Counted from the first letter of the stretch, positions 11,851 through 25,506 are shown. The stretch is DNA of 64,000 nt from Octopus bimaculoides (GCF_001194135.2 NC_068984.1:96979042-97043041), one strand, 5' to 3'. Translations and numbers: made by a program. Notes: a model not told the origin generated them from the sequence alone.

Positions 11851-12897
11851 TGCAGCATTTTCTCCGGCTCTTCGCGTTCTGAGTTCAAATCCTACCATGG
11901 TCTGCTTGCCTGGTTTAATACCACTACTTGGCATCGTGAATGCCTTTAATAAAGTCCGTCCTGTTGCAAAGTATTTCTGCTGCTCTCCTCTGCCAAACCT
12001 TGTCGTGAAATATTGTGTGTTTAGTGTTGTGTGCAGTTGTGCACTTGGCTTGACTGCGCGCATCTTTTAGCTCAGAAAAGAAATTCAAGGTGAAATCGAA
12101 TTTTTGTTTTTTAGTTGAAGAAATGTAAGTGATGGTTTCTCCCGTGTGTGCACAGTCTTTCACACGAGCAAATTTTGCGTCCATCCGCAAAAACAAAATT
12201 AAATCTAGAGAAAACGTGTTTATGTGTGTCATGTGATTGTTGTTGCTATGGTTGTTATTAAGTTATGTTAAGGTGGAAATTGATGGACTTGGGATGACTC
12301 AAGAGTTGCCTTGGTATGTTGATATTATCTTGATGATGATAATTGATAGTGGTGTTGAATATTGCAATAAAACTGTGTGCTGATTGTGTTGAAGGCTTTC
12401 ACAAGTGTCACAAGGTGACAGTGGTGGTGTTGAAGAAGGATTTCATTGGTTTTTGCATGCATGTGATGACAGCAGTGAGCGTTGTGATGGTGCCTGTGAT
12501 GGGAAACATTGACGGTGGTGATGATAGCAATGTTAGGTGGTGTGATTTTCGCCCCCATTTTCATTTGCCGAGAATGTTGTATACAACCAAATAACATTAC
12601 TGTCAACTGTGGTTAGCTGTCAGGCATAACTTCCTTCACCTTGTAGTAGTGGAGGAGATAGTTGTGTGATGATGGTGTTATGTGTGTATGTGTACTTGGT
12701 GTGTGCGTATATATTGCTGTTTATGTATGTATGTGGTAGTTGTGTGCTGTTTCTGTATGAAATGCAGAAGTGCAAGCCCATTAAACTGCAGATTACATTC
12801 TGCATTTACTGTCAAAGAAACACATGATGATTGTAATAATGAAATATCTTCCTGCCATTGCCACTCCTGATCGACATCAAGTAGTGGGTTTGAACTG

Positions 12898-13480
12898 TAT
12901 GTTGCTTTGTTGTTGTGGCTATTGTTTTTAGCTCCCAGTCAGACCTGAACGCGCTGGCCTGAGTGTCTCTAGAACGACCTAATCATATGTATCCTTCCTT
13001 TCCCAAGATATTTGCCTGCTATCTCTAGCAGGTCGAGTAACCACATAAAGGTTATTTCATCTAATAATCATGGGTATGTGAAATGATTATGTGGCTAAGG
13101 TATTGGAAGCTGTCTGCTGGGTATTAGATCCAATATCTGTTGCGTTTTCTTGAGACCATACCCTCCCACTACCAGAGCATCACCTTGCTAATGTAATACA
13201 GGATGAATCCAAACAATCTTACGGCTTGGTCTTTGTCCTTACATCGATTCCCCTTCCTCCACTCTACATTCGGGAGATGTTAGTCAACCGTGCTGGTTAG
13301 TCAGTCGTGCTCGTTAGTCAACCGTATCCACATTTTTTGACATAGGTTTATGCTGATCACCTTTTATGTTGCTTTGTTGTTGTGGCTATTGTTTTTAGCT
13401 CCCAGTCAGACCTGAACGCGCTGACCTGAGTGTCTCTAGAACGACCTAATCATATGTATCCTTCCTTTCCCAAGATATTT
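12898..13480 (+). repeat. 116-bp direct duplication (12898-13013 and 13365-13480)
   Basis: One mismatch seen (gctggcctg vs gctgacctg); offset 467 bp. Confidence 0.9.
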
Positions 13481-14983
13481 ACTGTTGGGCGCCCCAGCTT
13501 GGCCATAAACCTACTGGCTGACGTAAGGATACGAGACACCGAGATAGTGTTCAGTCTTTTCGTCTCACTGTATAACACACTGTTATTGTTGTTTAGCATC
13601 AGGTGAATCTTGATTGGACAGACATTCAGCCAAAGCTGTTCCAATCGTGACCACCTTATCGTATTTCCAGACCATGCATTTACGACTTCATTATCCAATA
13701 TTTCTTTCCTTTTCTTCCAAGATGTTAGAATATAATCTGGGAAAGATTTGGTCATTATTCGTAGCAGGTTGAGTAGCAATGTTGAAGGTACCCATGTTAA
13801 CATGTCTCTGTATCGGTGTTATAACGTCACTGGTGATATCCCATTTGAGACAACACAAGCAGAATTGCTGGTGCGCGCGCGCACCACTGCCTGCAGTGTG
13901 GTAGTAATTATCACTTGACCTCAATAATCTCTGCATTCCAGCCATCTATACTTTTCTCGTTTTTTTTTTCTCTTTTTACACACTCAGTAGCAACTATAAA
14001 GTATTCCTCAAATACTTGGAATATTTTCTATCCTCTCTCTTTCTCTCTCTCTTGACCAGTCTCTTGCTTGTTCTGTCACTCTATTCCCCCTCATCTCTTT
14101 CTTTCCCCCTTTTACTCTGGCTTTTTTATATATACATACTTTCTCACAATATACACAAGAAAAATGTTCTCACAACACATGAGAAATGTTCTCATATATA
14201 CTCTTTCTCTCGCTCTATCTATCTATCTTTCTTACATGCACACACTTACGCACACATGGGTATATGTCTGTTATGTTACATTTTGTTTTATTTAGTTCTT
14301 GACCTTCAAAGGTCATATTAGCCTCGCTTCATAAGAAAGCTGACCTAGATGTTGAGCAGAGGAGGGCGGGAAGGAGACTCACTACTGTCTCCAAATCATC
14401 ACACTGCTATCAAGATGCAGATGCTCATGCGCACACACAGGCATACGTACACAAGCACACATGCATACGAAATTTCACATATACAGTATATACGCACATG
14501 TAGTTACCCTTGCATGCAGTTATGCACCAAACTGGAATATACCCGAGGTATCTAGATGGTTCTTTAAAACTGCAGTATACGCAACTGGGGTAGTATTTAA
14601 TAATAAAAAAATAGCCACTTATGAATCATATTTGATGTGTATATACACTATTGATAGGCCAGTTACTGCAGTATTTGTCCCGAGACAACATCTCTTATGG
14701 ACTTGGTGTGTTCAAAACAAGATAAATATCAAGGAGAGAGAGAGAGAGAGAGAGAGCGCCAGATACATCTTGGCCTTTGGAGGTCTTTTCATTGGCATGT
14801 ACTATCAGCCAGGAACATGCTGGGAAGCTATTCGCAACATCCATGAATCTTTTATTCACTTTTTGTGAAACACGACATACATATATTCCTTCATCAGAGA
14901 AAGGACTTTAAGTAAGAAGGGCTCTGTCTAAAACTTCAGATTCCCACTTTGCAAACTTACTGTAAATTTCAAGTACACTTTAA

Positions 14984-15125
14984 GGTAGCGAGCTGGTAGA
15001 ATCGTTAACCCACCGGGCAAAATGCTTAGCTGCATTTCGTCCGTCTTTACGCTTTAATACCGCCGGGATCGATAAATAACTACCAGATGCCGATATAATA
15101 GACTCTCTCCCGAAATTGCTTCTCT
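14984..15125 (+). mobile_element. SINE family A, internally deleted
   Basis: ggtagcgagctggtagaatcgttaacccaccgggcaaaatgcttagc head. Confidence 0.7.
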
Positions 15126-17711
15126 TGTACCAATATTTTGAAACCAGATATTAGATACATCTCTATTTTCTTTACTCACTTCACCTTCAGTCAATGTCCA
15201 ACAATTTGTTTTAATTTCCTAAAAGAAGAGCACTGTCTGAGATATCATATTTCTTATTCTCTCCCTCACCACAATAACTTGTTCCACTTAATGAGCGTTT
15301 TCTATTGTAACATTAACACAAGCACTTGAATCTGTAGGCTCCCTTTACCAATTGCATCTTTTTGTTTTCTGCATTTATCATATCGGTAAAACTGTTACTA
15401 CTGTCACATTTGTGCACCAGTTAGATTGCTGTCTCAGTAGAACATTTTGCATCTGTTGCATTCTGCGCCAAATGCATCGGTATAAATCAGTGCATCTAAT
15501 GCAGCTGTCGAATCGGTGTCGATTTTACGCCAATAACTTAACTTCGATTTTAAGCAATGCATCTACGAATGTTCAATCGTTTAAAAGTAGTCGAATTTAT
15601 TTTTCATTTGGTGCATGAGTACACTGCACATGTGTTACTTGTAAACCAGATGAATGCAAAATAATGTTGATACATACACACACAGCTTACAGATGTGAAC
15701 GACATAGATAATCACGGCATAACTTCGTACTCCGTACTATATATGTGATGTGCATCTCTTGTGCATTTTTCATGCTTGGTGTTATGTATCTACCGTGAAT
15801 ACTAATGTGTGTGTGTACTCATGCACTCGCATATATAGTAGGTACATAGCACTAGGCTTGAGAGGCACAAGATTGTTACTATTATATACGCCAGTAGACA
15901 ACCGAAGAACATTGCACACCCATACACACAGCTATGCATACACCAATACGCAATACTGTTGCTATATTGTATACACCAGCGGACAAACTGTACAGCATTA
16001 ACAATATAGACTACTATTGCTGTATTCTATACACTAGCGAAGAGACTTTACACACAACTGTTGTTCGAAGTAGACAACTGTATACAATAGTGTATGTGTA
16101 CAGTCGCGCCATCTGTCCAAATTGCTTGTTGCTATAAAAATAACATTTTAACTGCTTAAGTCTTTTACACTTGTCCTTTGTTTAATAGGTGTGTGTATAG
16201 ATGTGTCACAGTATGTATGGAGGTGTATAGATGTGATAGTGTGTATGAAAATATGTATATAGATGTTGCTGAAGTTTGTATTAGATGTGTCTGTTAGGAA
16301 TGTATGTAGATTTGACTCTATAAGTATATATAGATGTCATTGTGTGTGTGTGTGTATATCTGTGGTAATGACTGTCTGATTACTGTACTTGAACGAGGCG
16401 TTTCAGTAGTGACCATCCCACCTTTTCAAACAGTCTATGACTACATTATTCAAAGGGCTTTAAATTGCTTTACGGGCTTATCACGTGTAGGTTATCACGT
16501 GAAGATTTGACTGCTATCCTTGCATGTCGGGAAAATGCATCGAGATCCATAACCTCCTCACCTCCGTGCTCAGCCTTCTTTTCTTTCACCCGCATAATAC
16601 TTTGATAACCGTTTCTCCTTACTTTACTTCCATGCCGTGCTGCTTACTCACCACTCACACCGCTTCACAATGGTCTTTCCCACACCTTCACTTTACATTT
16701 ATTCATCTATATGTCATTTATCTACTTTTTGTCATTCGCGATTTTGCAGTTTATTGGTAAAGCATATTTGTTTCTGTTTCTGACAAAGGAAAAATATCCG
16801 AAACGTTATATATCTCTTCCTGGCAGCAGAAAACAATTCCACTATTTTAATAATTTGTTTTTCTATTTGCCGACATATAACATTACTAGTTTCGTCATAT
16901 TACTGTTTGACCACGTAAAGGTTTGTTAGCGTTGTTGTTGTTGTTGTTGGCGGTGGTCGTGAGGATTTACCGTCTGTAGTAATGATTGTAGTCAAGAGTT
17001 ATATTTGATAAATTAGGTATTTAACTTTGTCCACCCTGGAGCAGCATAATTAAAATCGTTATGTTTATATATGTATGTGTGTATGTATGTATATAACTGT
17101 GAAGTATTTAATCAAGTGTTGTGTCGATTCAACCAATACACTAGAATTGTGTTTGTTGATACTTGACTCTAGATTTGCTCGAATCGAGCAAACATGACCA
17201 AAAGCATTCCAACTATGACAATTCCATCTTATGTCTTGAACTATCTATTATCCAGTGTGCCCTTTCCTTTTTTACTTTTATCTTTTTAAGATGTTAGGGT
17301 GTAAACTGCTATTACTAGCAAGTCGAGCAACTCTATAAAGTTTCATCCATCCCTCGTTTTTATTTATCTCCATTATTATTTATGTCTTGTGCAGCCTTAC
17401 GTCAGACCTGATTCAGCAATTCTGTGGTACTGAGAAAATCATGCAAACGACGAAGCACGACTCACAGATCCATCTTACCAGATATACCATTTCTTTGTCT
17501 AATTAAGGGCCATAGTACACCCACTGACTTGCAGTGATTAATCGTATTTGAGTGCAACATAACAGTCTGAACGGACTGCACTCTCTCTCTTTTGTCCAGT
17601 CTTGTTCTGTAAATCATAGATTGTGGCAGTGGACTAGGGTAAAACGCGATATTTTTGCAGGTGTTTATCTCAGTACATTGCTTGAGTCCATTGAGGCGAT
17701 CGATGTTGCAA

Positions 17712-17714
<3 letters not shown>

Positions 17715-17767
<53 letters not shown>

Positions 17768-18161
17768 TTCTCTCTCTCTCTTTCTCTCTCTCTCTCTGTG
17801 AATCGGAGAGATGAGGATGTCTTGGGGTAGTAGAATATATGTTTGGAGGTAGTATTTATCATGTAGCGGCAGCAACTGTTTGAAGTTCGCTACGGCATCA
17901 AACTGACCTCTTTACATATCCAGGTGACTTTTTATATTCTGTGCTTTTTTTTTTTCGTTGTATACCTGGTTGTGTGGATGTGGTTTGCTGTATCGAGATT
18001 GGGAGTCCTAGCACATGCTAGTTGTAGTGGATGACTCGTACACCATTGTTGTCAGTTTTTTTTATTTTTTTTATTTTGGTCAAGTGTGATCTCTGAGTGC
18101 ATTGCTTTGCCTTGTTTACCGTGTCCTATTGTGGAAGTTGTGGATTGGTATTTAAGTCCTA

Positions 18162-18208
<47 letters not shown>
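17715..18208. repeat. Two (CT)n microsatellites (17715-17797 and about 18162-18208)
   Basis: Direct reading; they explain the ERERER-type ORFs. Confidence 0.95.
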
Positions 18209-18210
<2 letters not shown>

Positions 18211-18214
18211 AGTC

Positions 18215-18560
18215 GGTTATGTTTGATGTTCCCCGGTGGTGTTGGTAATAAAGGAGACTAAACTTGGTAGGTGCTATTTTAAGCCAATTGCTATGTAGCC
18301 TGCTTTCTAGGTGATTTATGGATGGCTGAGTTGTACAATTGGGCTTTTGAGAATGGTAAAAGAATGTAAATGTTATGTCAATCTGCATATGGAGTTGTCT
18401 ATGTTTTACAGAAGTGTGGGTAGATGGTATACATTGAAAAGAGTGGGTGAGAGGGCGAATCTTGTGGTATTCCATTCAGGGATATTACAAATTCTAAAAT
18501 TGTTATTCTTTGTATTCTACACAGGTTTGGCAACTTGACAAATAGCTTCTTAGCGAGCGT
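18215..18560 (-). pseudogene. Non-LTR retrotransposon reverse transcriptase relic (Jockey/I-like)
   Basis: Restoring single-base indels gives NGIPQDS(A)LSPTLFNVY, then YAD(+T)DIT at 18377-18389, then INHLESRLHSNWLKIAPTK, matching the RT motifs PQGSxLSP and YADD. Confidence 0.6.
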
Positions 18561-21500
18561 TTTGTGCTGTTGATGAGAAGTGGAAATGACGGCATGTGGT
18601 GGGTGGGTCCTGAAGGCAGGTAATATAGGTAACGACAGTGGTGGTTGTACTGACTGCAGGAGTGTTTGTAGTGTATATAGGTGAAACATTTAAGGTTGGT
18701 GGTAGTGGTGTCAGTTGTACCGTAGCAGTGATGGTGGTGTGTCGTTCTCTATTATCTATCTAAAGATAAAATATGCTAATTCCAAGTTGCCGTCATCGTT
18801 GCTGCTGGCGTCGTTACTGTTGTTCTTGTTGATCACCGTTCCCAAATCTCACTTACAAGAAACACTAAACGGGGATTTAAATGTTATTTTTTATACAACT
18901 GAATCATTTTTTTCTTTTTTTCATTTCACTTTATTTATTTTCAGTTCGGTGACTGAATCTTTTATTTCAATTTCCTGTTTTGAAAGAAACAGGTGCGTGT
19001 GAGTGAAAGGGAGAAAAAGAACGAGACAAAATAGTCAACAAAGTCCGTCATGACACACACACACACGCACACACAATACATACACACCTGCTATGCAAGA
19101 ATCTCTCAACAACTACCACAAACGAGAGATACGGTAGGAGAGACTGTTTTCTAAACTGCTATTTTGTTTTTCTCATATCATGGTCTAATGTGTGCGCGCG
19201 CACGCAGCTGTCCTATTGTCTCCAGAATATCTTTTGCTTTAAGGCATGTCAATTTTAGAGAAATTCTTGGTTTCTGGGATCATCCCCTCTTTTCATTTGA
19301 ATTTGGTCCGAATTGTTACCTGGCAAATTGTTTTGCCGTATCTAGCAGCGGAGATAATTTTCACTATATCAGAAATCTTTTTATACTATATAATGTATTA
19401 TTCGCGCGCGCGCGTTTATACACACATTCACATACATATGCACTTATATACATAGACACACAGATACGACCATGTTGACATTGACTGCTGATACAAAAGC
19501 AATGTGACGTAAAAAATAGCAACGTCTTAGTAACCAACCACACCAGTTAGTTATTTTCCAAGCATTGTTTTCATGTCGCTTCTGTTTCGTACTGCAGCTC
19601 AAGGTAGATCGACATGGTTTACTTCAAAACGTACATTTACAAGTATACCATCAAAGAGGCAACTCGAAGATGTAACAAGGTTCAGGAATCAACGTAGATT
19701 GCTAGATTACACGCGCGCGTGCAGTGGGCTTCCCCGTATTTGCCGCCTGCCAGATTTTACTCAATACTTGATCATTGTGCCACTCAGTAGGATTGAACCT
19801 GTAACTGTCTCTCGAACTTGCCTCCTGTACGGTCATGTAATCAATGTTTCTCCTTTAAGCCAGAGGAGCAGATTCGCTCAGCAACATAAAGAGTCCAGAG
19901 ACAAGGACTGATTTGGATTAATATGATAAAGGAATTTAACATCGACCATCACATGTAATTCTTAGTAAAACCAGTGAGAGGGGTTGCAGCCCTTATTAGG
20001 GCCAAAGAGAGAGAGAGAGAGAGAGAAAGTTTGGTGCACATTGGGCAGAGTATTTGTATTCAGTACGGCAACCCTTAATAAATTTTGTAATAAGTGTTGT
20101 TTACAGCCCTGGGCCAACACTCATCAAGTATGCCTTATTGATCAGAAGCTTTCTAATGTTACCATCTCGTCGGTTTACCTTTATTTTTTAAGATGGTAAC
20201 GCGGTACTAGAGAGAAATTTATCAACTATTTTTAGCAGGTTGGATGACTTTGTCAGTTTCATCGTGTTAATATGTGACTTAAGCAGTCTTATGAGAGTTA
20301 ATGGGAGGCATAGTTTTCACTGTTGTCACACACAGCTGTATTTAGATAGTCCCCTAGGGACAACACTTCCGCTCTGCGTTCCTATATCCTTTCATCTCTT
20401 TCTTACTCTTGTTCCCTGCATGTCGGTCACCACTTCATTTTAAAGTGTCAGTAAGTCTGTCAAAATGAAGAGAGGGAAGTGGGAGATTGCGTGCCTACGC
20501 ACACACACACATACAAATATCATGTATGCGCGCGTACTTGTTTGTGTATGTAATAATACAGTATGAAGTTAGTTAATCGCTCATTGGAAGTTTCACTCAG
20601 CATGATCAAAGTGTACACGTAATTCTCTTTATGCCTCAGTATATATATGTGTACACACACATACACTCGTGCATACACAATATATAGGAAAAGAAGAAAC
20701 TCGGAATAACATTTTGTGAGATTTCATCTTCCAATGAATAACACAACTCGTGTGTGTTAAGTACTTGCTTTTCCTTATGTTCACGCTGTTAGCATTCATT
20801 ACACATATACAGACATAAACATACGTATGCGCGCATGCACATAATCTGTCGTCCGTGGCAATCTGTTTGTTGATGGCCTAGTTTTCAGAGCTGATTTTGT
20901 TGAAGAATTTAGAGGAAGATTTTCAAATGTGGAATTAAAAAAGCTCAGAAAGGCTTCAAAGCCAATTTAACAAGCACAAGAAACTTAATAAAACAGGCAT
21001 CTGAACGCTTCTACCAGGAAGGGGTTATGCTTGATATTCAAAAACAGAACATTACATAATCATATTAATCACTCATTTTGCACTTAGTGGAGCCGGTGGC
21101 ACACAGACACCTTTATATGCAGATTGTTATAATATATCTTTCTTGGTCAGCTTTAATCCAGTAGATTTGTGATGAAAGACATCCCAGATGTGACGATTCG
21201 GAATTTTTTATTCAGTCACAGTATATCTAAGCATACATTATCTGATGTATCCTTCTTTTAAAGAGGGGCAGGGTGTGGTTTAAGAGTGATTTGGTTGCTC
21301 TAACGTTGAAGTTCTTATGTTTTATTGGTTTAGCCTTATGGCAGCTCGAAGCAAACAGAACTGAACTAATTATGTCTTTTTAAAACTTTCTTTTTCTCTA
21401 TTTCTTACTTTTATTTAAAGAAATCTCTACCGTCCCCCCACCCATCGATCTTCTTCGTTATATTTGTCCACGCTCTACTACCACCACTACTACTGCTACT

Positions 21501-21818
21501 GCCACTACTATTACTGTTAAAAGAGTTAAAAAATAAAGTTTATTTCCCAGCACGCTGTACTTAAACGGAGTTGACATTTGTTTTGTTTTTGCTTGCTGTT
21601 TTAAAAAATTTTCTTTGCAAATAACAATGAAGCAGGACGTCAATGAGATAATTAACAGGCAACACAGCGGTGTATCCTGGGAAATAGCAATTATAGACGT
21701 TCTTCCTCTTCTACTTCTCTTTCAGGCAGGACAAAAGTAGGGAATCGCTATTCTTCCAGCCACTATCACCACCAGCAACATTTACTAACTCTTAATATTA
21801 CACAATAATAACAATCTA

Positions 21819-22149
21819 GGATCTATTCAATCTCAATCACAGATTTTTTAATTAATTTTTTTTTAACTAAACAGTTTGAAACTTCGGATACTGGTTGAAT
21901 GTGTCATGTAGAACACGGTTTACTCTAGACGGTTTACTCTTGTATTTTAGAAGTTATTTCGTGTTTACGTTGTATTTGGGTAATTTCAACCAATCAATGA
22001 CGTGTGTTCAGCTGGAGAAAATTACTGCTGTTTGCGAAAGTAATAGAAGAGCAACAACTTCCGGGTCATCTGTTTTGGACGCTGCATACATATATGTACC
22101 TAAATACAGACACATGTATACGTACACACACACACACACACACACACCA

Positions 22150-22180
<31 letters not shown>

Positions 22181-22776
22181 CATATGTAAAGCTGATAAAA
22201 CTCCGAATGGAAGCAAGGAAAAGGAGAGGGTTTAATAAATTAATATGCAGTGATAAGGGGGTTGGTAAGTTTATATATAAGCCGTCGTTCAGATCATCAA
22301 CACCCCACCACTCTCTCTCTCTCTCTCTCTCCGATTTGTCAATTTAAAAAAATCAGGGCAATCACAGATTGCGATTAAAACGTATATTTGGGTGTATGTA
22401 CATGTATGTATGTGTGCATGTATGTATGTGTGTGTGCGTGAGAAAACGTGAGAATCTGTATAGTTGCTTGACCTGCTGGAAATAACAGCCAAATCTCTTT
22501 CAATGTCACACGCTAACATTATTATAAACTAGAGGACACATTGGATAAGATGGAAAAAAAATACACCCGCACACACACACGTATGTATTCCCTATAAAAG
22601 AACCTTGTTTTTCTCACCCTACCCAAATACAACTTTACAACAAAATAGCTTCTAAAATCAAAAACGTTAAGAGTAAACAGTGTTCTACCTGACACATTCA
22701 ACCAGTATCCAAAATTTCAAACTGTTTAGTTTTTAAAAATTGATTTAAAAATCTGTGACTGAGATTGAATAGATGC
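21819..22776. mobile_element. MITE with about 160-bp TIRs and 8-bp TSD (Merlin- or Mutator-like)
   Basis: TSD acaatcta at 21811-21818 and 22777-22784; TIRs 21819-21982 and 22620-22776 beginning GGATCTATT and GCATCTATT; non-coding microsatellite-rich interior. Confidence 0.8.
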
Positions 22777-24249
22777 ACAATCTATATCTCAAAAGATATC
22801 CTTGTGCGTACATTTGTGTGGGTGTGTACTCTTATACACATAAACGTGTGTGTAAGAGTGTGTGGTCACCCCATTCCATTTGTATATACTTTCAACCCTC
22901 ACATTTGTACATGTGTATGTATGTATATATATTGTGTACAGCGTATGTGTGTATGTTTATATGTGTCAGTGTATATGGTAACCTGGACGTGTGTTTAATG
23001 TCCGTAGTCACGGATTGCCCTAAGCCAAGTCAGTGAAACTGGGAGACAGAAATTGTACAGGGGTGTCGGGTGAATTTGTACCTGTAATTCAAAAGCCCAT
23101 CTTGTGTCACACTGATCTTTCTAATTATCTGAACGTTATATGTCTGGGATACTCAACTACTTACAGTTGAAAGAACAACACCATCGAAACTGACGGGGAT
23201 CCATTTATTATGTGTGTGTGAGAGAGAGAGAGAGAGAAAATGTACGTATGCAAGTGGTGATCTATCTCGTTTAACTTGTAAAGGTAGTCCTAGTTTTTTA
23301 CCTAAATATTTCGTGTGTTGACCTAGTTTTTACTTTCGAAACTGGGGTGCTGTTGATGTGGAAGAGGCAGTATTTATGGTCCTGGTAGTGGTGGTAGTAA
23401 AGTTTGACTTGTCCTACACTCTCCTCAGTCTATTTTTCACACCATGTATAAATCATTTCCCTGCCTCACACTTCCCCCTCCTCCACCCTCCTATGGTTTA
23501 ACCTAGGGCGGTCCCAGTCGAATAAACCTGCTATGATCAAAGGCGTTCCAGCTGTGACCATCCCTGGTTTAATAAAGTGAGAAACGGAGAAAAAAAGGTT
23601 ATAAAAAGACAATTAGTTCAGTTCGGTTTGCTCCGAGCTGACATAGAACTAAACCAATAAAACACATAAGAGCTTCAATGTCGTAACAACCAAATCACTC
23701 TTATTTCTATATAACAATATTTTGCAGGGGGTGCCATACTTAACGCTAGAATATGAACGTCAACAATTTCAACATCTAACACTTCATAATTTAAACATTC
23801 CTACATAAACGTCATACGAATGTTGCAACAAACGTTAGAATGTAAACGTCACAATTTTAATATCATAGCATCAGTGACATCACAACTTAAATGTTACAAT
23901 ATGAAGATCACAACATCACCACTTATTCCTTTCCATCTAACTAGTTTTTCATTACAATATGGCTATTTTCCTTGGATCGTTATTTCACGGTTATAAGTTC
24001 AAAATCCCATCAAGGTAGACTGACGTACAGACATCTCTGTCGTGAAGAATAAAACCACTAATATTTCTTGGGTGAAATAAACCATTTAAACATACTTCTC
24101 CTCTTCTTCCTCGCCCCTCCTTATGCGGAGGTGCAGTTGCTGCAGCGATACTCCATTTTTTCTACATTTATTGTGCTTCATTGGAGATAATTGAGTTTCA
24201 ACATTGCACAATTATGTAGTGGGTTGAACCTCTCTCTCTCTTTCTCTCT

Positions 24250-24280
<31 letters not shown>

Positions 24281-24524
24281 CTCTCCTCTCCTCTCCTTCT
24301 CTCATACACGCACGTTCGCATTCATACAAACATATCTCATGTCTATCAAAGCTTTGGCAATGGAATATGTTAGATATAAAAATAAATGGAAGTCTGCAAT
24401 TCCTGTTTCGTGATCAGCTGAATCCCTCCCCATGTTTAACTCCTCCTCCTGGTTCCACGGTGCCTTTTAGCAGAGCCCACCCTGATGCAAGCATTCGAGA
24501 CAGGACATCGGCCCTTCCTCATAC

Positions 24525-24571
24525 CTGTTTCCGAGGCCCTGAGAAAAGGGTCTCGGGTGCCGCCTTTCTTC
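24525..24571 (-). other. Candidate 47-nt exon within a GC-rich unique island
   Basis: Minus strand cctcttttccttctgtctggtag|GAAGAAAGG...GGAAACAG|gtatga; all three frames open; no protein family recognised. Confidence 0.25.
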
Positions 24572-25169
24572 CTACCAGACAGAAGGAAAAGAGGTGTTTT
24601 CTATGGAGCAGTAAACTGGGGAGGGGTGTGGAAAGTACTACAGTTTGATTAAATAATGTAGTATTTTGAATGAGGTTTGTATTTGAGTGCGTTCACGGAA
24701 CTAATTCTGTTGCGGAACTCATGAACATCATTAGATCACATTCTCTTTTCCTCTGTATGTGTGTGGCAGTAGTGGTGGAGCAAGTTAGTAATTTACCCGT
24801 AACTGTTGTAAGGGCGGTTTCTTTCTAATTTAGTTATTCAATACAAAACAGTAAAACATTCAGTAACGTGTTCCTAACATAAACTTCCATATTTAAAGAC
24901 AACTTAAAGAAGTGGAGGGGGTACCAAGAGGAAGAAAATATTTTTCTTTCACCCATTTTTCTCTCGCTCTCTCGTTATCCTTTTCTTTCACCTGTTTCTC
25001 CACCCTTCCCTAATACACATACACAAACACTTTTCTTGTATCACTTTGCTCTTCCTGCTTTCTATTTACCCTTCTACAGTATAACAATTCTATTCTGTTC
25101 TCTTGTTCTTTATCCTTTCTCTTTGTTCGTCTTTCCTTTTATCATCATTAATTCCTCTCCTACTCTTTT

Positions 25170-25506
25170 ACTTGTTTCAGTCTTTTGACTGTGGCCATGC
25201 TGGAGCACCGCCTTTAGTCGAGCAAATCGGCCCCAGGACTTATTCTTTGTAAGCCTAGTACTTATTCTATCGGTCTCTTTTTCCGAACCGCTAAGTTACG
25301 GGGACGTAAACACGCCAGCATCGGTTGTCAAGCGATGGTGGGGGGACAAACACAGACTCAAACACATACACACATACATATATATATACATACATATATA
25401 CGACGGGCTGCTTTCAGTTTCCGTCTACCAAATCCACTCACAAGGCTTTGGTCGGCTCGAGGCTATAGTAGAAGACACTTGCCCAAGCTACTTACCACAC
25501 AGCCAC
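25170..25506 (-). mobile_element. SINE family B with B-box region deleted
   Basis: Matches the 38243-38606 copy but cacttgcccaag joins directly to ctacttaccacacagccac. Confidence 0.85.

Noticed and set aside
12071-12124. Plus-strand exon or microexon candidates ending at gtaagt (12125)
   Set aside because: Splice-like words alone are common in AT-rich DNA; the peptide is unrecognisable.
14905-14940. Fossil hammerhead-like stretch taagaagggctctgtctaaaacttc
   Set aside because: Both conserved boxes are mutated; too degenerate to call.
16478-16501. Two adjacent CACGTG E-boxes within a ttatcacgtg direct repeat
   Set aside because: Could be a small duplication; there is no promoter context.
19573-19911. 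112-aa ORF with a good upstream acceptor-like site
   Set aside because: No recognisable domain and no convincing donor; length is within chance expectation.
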